Assembly (NCBI RefSeq): GCF_052056295.1
Contig: NZ_CP182493.1
Coordinates: 2,123,989-2,187,988, forward strand
From: Catenovulum sp. SX2
GTDB lineage: Bacteria > Pseudomonadota > Gammaproteobacteria > Enterobacterales > Alteromonadaceae
DNA length: 64,000 nucleotides
Direction: 5' to 3'
A program made the translations under genes and the position numbers. The notes beneath the pieces are model-generated. The model ran no database searches. It saw nothing but the letters and a program-made list of their open reading frames with translations, and had not been told where the DNA came from. Of this stretch, positions 58,959 through 64,000 are shown in pieces. The stretch's first letter is position 1; every line of letters begins with the position of its first letter.

Positions 58959-59402
58959 TCAAAAATCAGTCAGCCTGTCAAAAACACCGTCTGTGAATAC
59001 CACAGTCATAAAATGACATTCACTTACAACTGGTTTACCTGATTTCATTGCAGGATAATAAGTAAAAGTTTGTCTTACAGTGTTCAACAATACATCGTTA
59101 AATAAATCCCCAGGATATGATTCAATCACTTGTAAATTGGCAACTTTACCCGCTTGAGTAATATCATAACTAAACGTCACATAACCTGATATTTTTAATT
59201 TCTCCGCTATCTTAGGTGTTGGTAACTCAGAGCGTGTGCGCGGAGCAGGCATTTCAATATTTCTGTTTATATTAACACTTGAACACTCAGAACTGTTTTT
59301 AATGGTTCCCTTAGCATAAATTTCTTCAGGTGTAGAATTGCATCCAGTTACAGATAAAGCAGCCAAAAACAGGATCAAACTCATTTTAAAATTAATAAAC
59401 AT
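58959..59402 (-). CDS. Lipoprotein with a TonB-C-terminal-like domain
   Basis: Lipobox (LSVTGCNS). C-terminal about 90 aa shows the TonB_C pattern (P.YP..A...I.GYVTFSYDITQAGKVANLQVIESYP...F..AVL..V....Y.P). Confidence 0.55.
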   Translation of the reverse strand: MFINFKMSLILFLAALSVTGCNSTPEEIYAKGTIKNSSECSSVNINRNIEMPAPRTRSELPTPKIAEKLKISGYVTFSYDITQAGKVANLQVIESYPGDLFNDVLLNTVRQTFTYYPAMKSGKPVVSECHFMTVVFTDGVFDRLTDF

Positions 59403-59688
59403 ATTTCCTTTCCCTAATTACTTTGCATGTATAATGCCTAATAGTGTTTGAGTGAAACCTGTAGAACTCACAGCACAACCACTAAAGAACCCAACTGGCA
59501 ACATTCATTGATGCGTCATAAGTTAAACATTATTTTTACAAAATGGGTTATGAATTCGTATGCAAGAATGCAAGCAAAATACAATCGAAGAAAAATCAGA
59601 AGAGCGGTAAATACCCACACTACAATCTAACCAACACCGCAGATTAAACAGACAAACGCTGTGTAGTTAGGGTATTAAAAGTTAGCAA

Positions 59689-60048
59689 TTAATCGTCGCG
59701 CGTTAATACTTCTAACAACTCAATTTCAAAGGTTAAATCTGAATGAGCTGGCAATTTGTCGCCCATGCTGCGTTCACCATAAGCTAAATGTGATGGTACA
59801 AATAGTTTACGTTTACCACCTACTTTCATACCCAATATGCCTTGATCCCAGCCTTTAATGACTCGGCCTGTGCCAATTACACATTGAAATGGGCGACCTT
59901 TGTCGATTGATGAATCAAATTTACTACCGTCATTTAAATAACCAACATAGTGAGTGGTAATTAATGCACCTTTAACCGCTTCTTTGCCGTTACCGACCAC
60001 AATATCTGTGATTTCTAGTTCTTTTGTATCTGTCATATTCTGTTCCAC
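59689..60048 (-). CDS. FKBP-type peptidyl-prolyl cis-trans isomerase
   Basis: FKBP signature (HYVGYLNDGSKFDSS...GRPF.F..G.G.VIKGWD.G..GMKVGG.R.L.VP..LAYG). Confidence 0.85.
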   Translation of the reverse strand: MEQNMTDTKELEITDIVVGNGKEAVKGALITTHYVGYLNDGSKFDSSIDKGRPFQCVIGTGRVIKGWDQGILGMKVGGKRKLFVPSHLAYGERSMGDKLPAHSDLTFEIELLEVLTRDD

Positions 60049-60112
60049 GCGAAAAAATTAGATTTATCCAAGACGTCTGCTGTAAAAAATTGGATAATAT
60101 ACCCAAGCTTTT

Positions 60113-62344
60113 TTGAAGATACATGTTAAACACTCACCTAGTGAATTGGAATTTTTGATGGAAATTAAAGTAAATTATTTAGACAACTTACGCCTTGAAG
60201 CCAAATTTGACGATTTTACCGTCATTTCCGACCAACCAATTCGTTATAAAGGCGATGGCTCTGCGCCGGGTCCATTCGATTATTTTTTAGCATCATCAGC
60301 AATGTGTGCTGCTTACTTTGTTAAGGTGTATTGTTTAGCGCGTGATATTCCAACCGACAATATTCGTTTAGCGCACAACAATATTGTTGACCCAGAAAAC
60401 CGCTACAAGCAGCAGTTTAAAATTCAAATAGAACTTCCAGAAAGCATTTCAGAAAAAGATCGCATAGGTATTTTGCGCTCAATCGACCGCTGCACAGTAA
60501 AAAAAGTAGTGCAAACAGGCCCAGAATTTATTGTTGAAGCGGTGGAAAGTTTAGCGCAAGACGCTTCAGCCATGATAATGGTTGATACAGATGAAAATAA
60601 TCAAACCTTTATTGTTGGTAAAGATTTACCACTAGAAAAAACCATAGCCAATATGACTCAGCAACTGGCTGATTTAGGCATGAAAATTGAGGTTTCTTCA
60701 TGGCGTAATATAGTGCCAAATGTTTGGTCACTGCATATTCGTGATGCAGCGTCACCTATGTGTTTTACCAATGGTAAAGGCTCAAGCAAAGAAAGTGCAT
60801 TGTGTAGCGCATTAGGCGAGTTTATTGAACGCTTAAATTGTAATTTTTTCTACAATGATCAGTTTTTGGGTGAAGACATAGCCAATGCTGAGTTTGTGCA
60901 TTACCCTAATGAAAAATGGTTTGAGTTAACCGAAGACGACTCACTGCCAGCAGGCATGTTAGACGACTACTGTTTAGATATTTTTAATCCTGATGGTGAA
61001 CTGCAAGGTTCGCATTTAATCGACACCAACTCAGGTAATATTGAACGTGGTATTTGTTGTATTCCATACACACGCCACAGCGATGGTGAAACTGTTTATA
61101 TTCCATCAAACATTATTGAAAACCTGTTTTTAAGCAATGGCATGAGCGCGGGTAACAATATTTTTGAAGCGCAGGTTCAGTGTTTATCTGAAATATTTGA
61201 GCGCGCGGTAAAACGCCAAATTATCGAACAAGAGATTGTTTTACCAGACGTACCAAAAGAAGTACTCGCCAAATATCCAAGCATAGTTGCCGGTATTGAA
61301 GGCTTAGAGCAACAAGGTTTCCCAGTATTAGTGAAAGATGCATCTTTAGGTGGTCAATTCCCTGTAATGTGCGTCACCATAATGAACCCTAAAACCGGTG
61401 GCGTATTTGCCTCATTTGGTGCGCACCCAAGTTTTGAAGTGGCACTAGAGCGCAGCTTAACTGAGTTATTACAAGGCCGCAGTTTTGAAGGCTTAAATGA
61501 TATTCCAAAACCTACCTTTAACAGCATGGCGGTTTCTGAGCCGGAAAACTTTGTTGAACATTTTATCGACTCAACCGGGGTTATTTCGTGGCGCTTCTTT
61601 AGCAGCAAATCTGAATATGATTTTGTTGAGTGGGATTTCTCTGGCGACAATGAACAAGAGTGCGAAACCTTATTCGGTATTTTAGCCGATTTAGGTAAAG
61701 AAGCTTATGTGGCTAAGTTCGAACACCTTGGCGCAAGTGCTTGCCGCATCCTAGTGCCGGATTATTCAGAAGTGTACCCAGTTGAAGATTTAATTTGGGA
61801 CAATACCAACAAAGCGCTGCAATACCGCGAAGATATTTTAAATATCCACAAGCTGTCGGACGATCAGTTAGTTGATTTATATGAGCGCTTAGAAGACAGC
61901 CAGCTAGATAACTATATCGATATTATCACCCTGATTGGTATTGAGTTTGACGAAAACACAGTGTGGGGTCAGTTGACCATACTTGAGCTAAAAATTCTAA
62001 TTTGCCTTGCGGTTGGTGAGCTTGAACAAGCTATCGAGTTAGTTGGTGAGTTTTTACAATACAACGACAACACAGTTGAACGTACTTTATTTTACCAAGC
62101 GGTCAGCGCTGCTTTAGAAGTAACCTTAGATGAAGAACTAGAGTTAGATGATTTTATCTTTAACTTCAAGCGTATGTTTGGTGACGAAGTCATGGAAAAT
62201 GTAGTTGGCTCAATTAATGGCGAAGTTAAGTTTTATGGTTTAACTCCAACCAGTATGAAACTTGAAGGACTAGACAGACATCAACGTTTAATCGACAGTT
62301 ACAAAAAATTACACAACGCACGCAAAAAAGCGGCGGGGTTATAA
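60113..62344 (+). CDS. OsmC-domain / YcaO-domain fusion protein
   Basis: Residues about 20-150 are OsmC/Ohr-like (GDGSAPGPFDYFLASSAMCAAYFV). Residues about 170-743 are collinear with E. coli YcaO (LADLGMKIEVSSWRNIVPNVWSLHIRD, CFTNGKGSSKESALCSALGEFIERL, GICCIPYTR, MSAGN, GGQFPVMCV, FGAHP.FEVALERSLTELLQGR). Confidence 0.88.
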   Translation: MKIHVKHSPSELEFLMEIKVNYLDNLRLEAKFDDFTVISDQPIRYKGDGSAPGPFDYFLASSAMCAAYFVKVYCLARDIPTDNIRLAHNNIVDPENRYKQQFKIQIELPESISEKDRIGILRSIDRCTVKKVVQTGPEFIVEAVESLAQDASAMIMVDTDENNQTFIVGKDLPLEKTIANMTQQLADLGMKIEVSSWRNIVPNVWSLHIRDAASPMCFTNGKGSSKESALCSALGEFIERLNCNFFYNDQFLGEDIANAEFVHYPNEKWFELTEDDSLPAGMLDDYCLDIFNPDGELQGSHLIDTNSGNIERGICCIPYTRHSDGETVYIPSNIIENLFLSNGMSAGNNIFEAQVQCLSEIFERAVKRQIIEQEIVLPDVPKEVLAKYPSIVAGIEGLEQQGFPVLVKDASLGGQFPVMCVTIMNPKTGGVFASFGAHPSFEVALERSLTELLQGRSFEGLNDIPKPTFNSMAVSEPENFVEHFIDSTGVISWRFFSSKSEYDFVEWDFSGDNEQECETLFGILADLGKEAYVAKFEHLGASACRILVPDYSEVYPVEDLIWDNTNKALQYREDILNIHKLSDDQLVDLYERLEDSQLDNYIDIITLIGIEFDENTVWGQLTILELKILICLAVGELEQAIELVGEFLQYNDNTVERTLFYQAVSAALEVTLDEELELDDFIFNFKRMFGDEVMENVVGSINGEVKFYGLTPTSMKLEGLDRHQRLIDSYKKLHNARKKAAGL

Positions 62345-62414
62345 CATTCAAATCTAGGCGCTATATTGTCTAAAAAATATAGCGCCCAAAAATCCCCCTA
62401 AAATAGCCGCCAAA

Positions 62415-64000
62415 TTAAAACATTGGCGTGAAAGTAATATCGTCAATGTAACCCCAAGATTGGGCAATTTCATCTAACGACAATACAATGTCAGCTTGGC
62501 CATTGACCACTTCAACTTCAGTGGTAAAAGTAGCCCAATTTAACCAACCACTGGTTGTTAACGCAACTTCCGCAGTATTAGTGCCAGAGGTAACCATTAT
62601 TTTGCTCGCAGTTGCGCCTTTGCTCTCACCCATAATCGCAGCACTTAACAAGTATTTACCATTATCTAGGCCAGTTAAGTTTTGCGTTAATGTGGTTTTA
62701 AAGTCTTGGTCTAACCAATAGTTTAAAGTGTATTGACCGGTTAACGCGGCGTTTGCATCATCACTGATAGTAAAAATGCTATCACCTGCCAAAACCCATT
62801 GGCTATAACTACCTGACTCAAAACTGCTGTCTAACAACACGTTTTGTTTTTTCACCAATACACTAACAGCTACAGTAACACTTGAACCATCGGCTAAAAA
62901 CGCTTCTATTTGATAGTCAGCACTGGCACTTGTATCTATTGAACTAGTATCACCCCAAGTTACATCAACATTGTCAAATTGACCTGTGTTGTAGATAAGA
63001 CGAATAACAGTAGGCAAAGTAAAAGTGGTTTGCCCTGCATCTAGGGTTAAATCTATAGGTGCAACTGAGTCAACCGCCATAGGTTGCATATCAGCCGTTT
63101 CAGACACTAACCAAAAAACATCGAGTGAATCTAGCACTTTGCCTGAATAATCAAACATTGCTTGGTTTTCCCAGCCATTGGTTTGACCAGAAATCCAGCC
63201 AGCGCCACTCACACCTAACCAAGTTGGTTCCCAATAAAATACACCTGCACCTAGATCATTTGGCACATCTGCAATACGCTCAATTAGATCGCGTACAAAC
63301 GAAGCTTGGCCTTGTACACTAGCGTTATAACCAACTTTTTCAACATCGGCATTGCCAAAGATATTACTGCCGCCATCAGGCCCTGCGTCTGTAGTAAATG
63401 CATACGCGGTTTCAACGATAACAACTGGCTTATTACGCTCGTTAGCAAGCCTATCCATAGCTGTTTGTAGTTGATCTAACGTACCATGCCAATATGGATA
63501 ATAAGATAAACCAATAATGTCGTAATCCAGCTGTTGATTATCAAAAGCTGCATACACAGATGCCACGAAATCAGTTTTTTGTGGTTCAGTTAAATGCAAC
63601 ATAATTTCAGCAGAAGCATTAGCTTGTACCTCTGCATCACGCACAGCTTGAATGCCTTGTTTTAACAATGCAATTGCTGCCGCAGATGTCACACCATTGC
63701 CTTGTGGCGCAACTAAACCGGTATTAATTTCATTACCAATTTGCACCATATCCGGAAACACACCATCAGCATGCATCGCCATTAGGCTGTCGTAGGTGAA
63801 ATCATATAAAGCAGTTTCAACTTCTGCGGTTGATAAATTCAACCAAGCTTTTGGCATATATTGTTGACCCGGATGAGCCCAGAAATCGCTGTAGTGAAAG
63901 TCGAGTAAAACTTTTAATCCTTCAGCTTTAGCGCGTTTAGCCAAAGCAATAGCGGTTGCCAGATCATTATTGCCACCACCAATTGGCCCAGAAACAGCTT
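62415..64000 (-). CDS. GH53 arabinogalactan endo-beta-1,4-galactanase with a C-terminal beta-sandwich (carbohydrate-binding-like) domain; 5'-partial (N-terminus beyond the window end)
   Basis: GH53 blocks (KVLLDFHYSDFWAHPGQQ; VQIGNEINTG; IIGLSYYPYWHGT; VVIVETAY; FYWEP). The frame stays open to the window edge. The internal ATG at 63944 is probably not the true start. Confidence 0.8.
   Translation of the reverse strand, partial: AVSGPIGGGNNDLATAIALAKRAKAEGLKVLLDFHYSDFWAHPGQQYMPKAWLNLSTAEVETALYDFTYDSLMAMHADGVFPDMVQIGNEINTGLVAPQGNGVTSAAAIALLKQGIQAVRDAEVQANASAEIMLHLTEPQKTDFVASVYAAFDNQQLDYDIIGLSYYPYWHGTLDQLQTAMDRLANERNKPVVIVETAYAFTTDAGPDGGSNIFGNADVEKVGYNASVQGQASFVRDLIERIADVPNDLGAGVFYWEPTWLGVSGAGWISGQTNGWENQAMFDYSGKVLDSLDVFWLVSETADMQPMAVDSVAPIDLTLDAGQTTFTLPTVIRLIYNTGQFDNVDVTWGDTSSIDTSASADYQIEAFLADGSSVTVAVSVLVKKQNVLLDSSFESGSYSQWVLAGDSIFTISDDANAALTGQYTLNYWLDQDFKTTLTQNLTGLDNGKYLLSAAIMGESKGATASKIMVTSGTNTAEVALTTSGWLNWATFTTEVEVVNGQADIVLSLDEIAQSWGYIDDITFTPMF

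Noticed and set aside
62415-63944. The ORF track gives the GH53 gene a start at 63944.
   Set aside because: The GH53 catalytic domain alignment begins well upstream of this Met (the product starts mid-domain at ..AKRAKAEGLKVLLDFHYSDFWA) and the frame is open to the window edge. Reported as 5'-partial instead.
1-64000. Scanned for CRISPR arrays, rRNA genes, IS elements, transposases, integrases, and restriction-modification or other recognised defence genes.
   Set aside because: None found. The only direct-repeat structures are the structured repeats and the direct repeats described. No regularly spaced short repeats with unique spacers, and no recombinase or transposase-like ORFs.

Overview
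This window looks like a 64-kb chromosomal segment of an AT-rich (~40% GC) marine gammaproteobacterium. The E. coli-like MutY, YggX, TopB, RtcR/B/A, GlmS and YcaO proteins and the many TonB-dependent-receptor, halogenase and DUF1080 genes fit Alteromonadales (Pseudoalteromonas or Colwellia type). No assignment below genus level is attempted. Gene density is high and there are no transposases, integrases, rRNA genes or CRISPR arrays. Genes I can support: partial mutY; a GntP permease, TonB-dependent receptor, flavin-dependent halogenase and AraC regulator in a block between mutY and yggX; topB; a BLUF photoreceptor; a GNAT-nitrilase fusion; a YdhF-type aldo-keto reductase; a GH13 amylase; a parDE toxin-antitoxin pair; a hybrid histidine kinase; an EVE-domain protein; a GGDEF cyclase; an ECF sigma factor; a DUF350-DUF4178-SpeE-like cluster; a DeoR regulator with glmS; an MlaC-like protein; a DUF1080 protein coupled to a 1143-aa DUF1080/cytochrome c/beta-propeller lipoprotein; an S9 peptidase; a BASS transporter; uxaA; an RND efflux pair; an FKBP; an OsmC-YcaO fusion; and a partial GH53 galactanase. 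The most interesting region is 29.2-35.7 kb, an RtcR-controlled RNA-repair locus. It reads rtcR, then two tandem tRNA-like RNAs divergent from rtcR, then a soluble SPFH/band-7 protein, rtcB, rtcA and a Pol-beta-type nucleotidyltransferase. Both tRNA-like elements keep canonical D- and T-arms, and the first keeps a full acceptor stem with an encoded CCA, but both have shortened anticodon loops. There is no Ro60/TROVE gene, and sigma-54-like -24/-12 elements lie on either side of the RNAs. Second, a structured repeat of about 100-130 bp, with conserved flanks around a hairpin that varies by compensatory base changes, occurs at three loci (1.1-1.9, 20.6-20.9 and 42.2-42.6 kb). At 20.6-21.6 kb a repeat pair and the parDE module are each bounded by copies of one direct repeat. 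The parE reading frame is broken by a frameshift.
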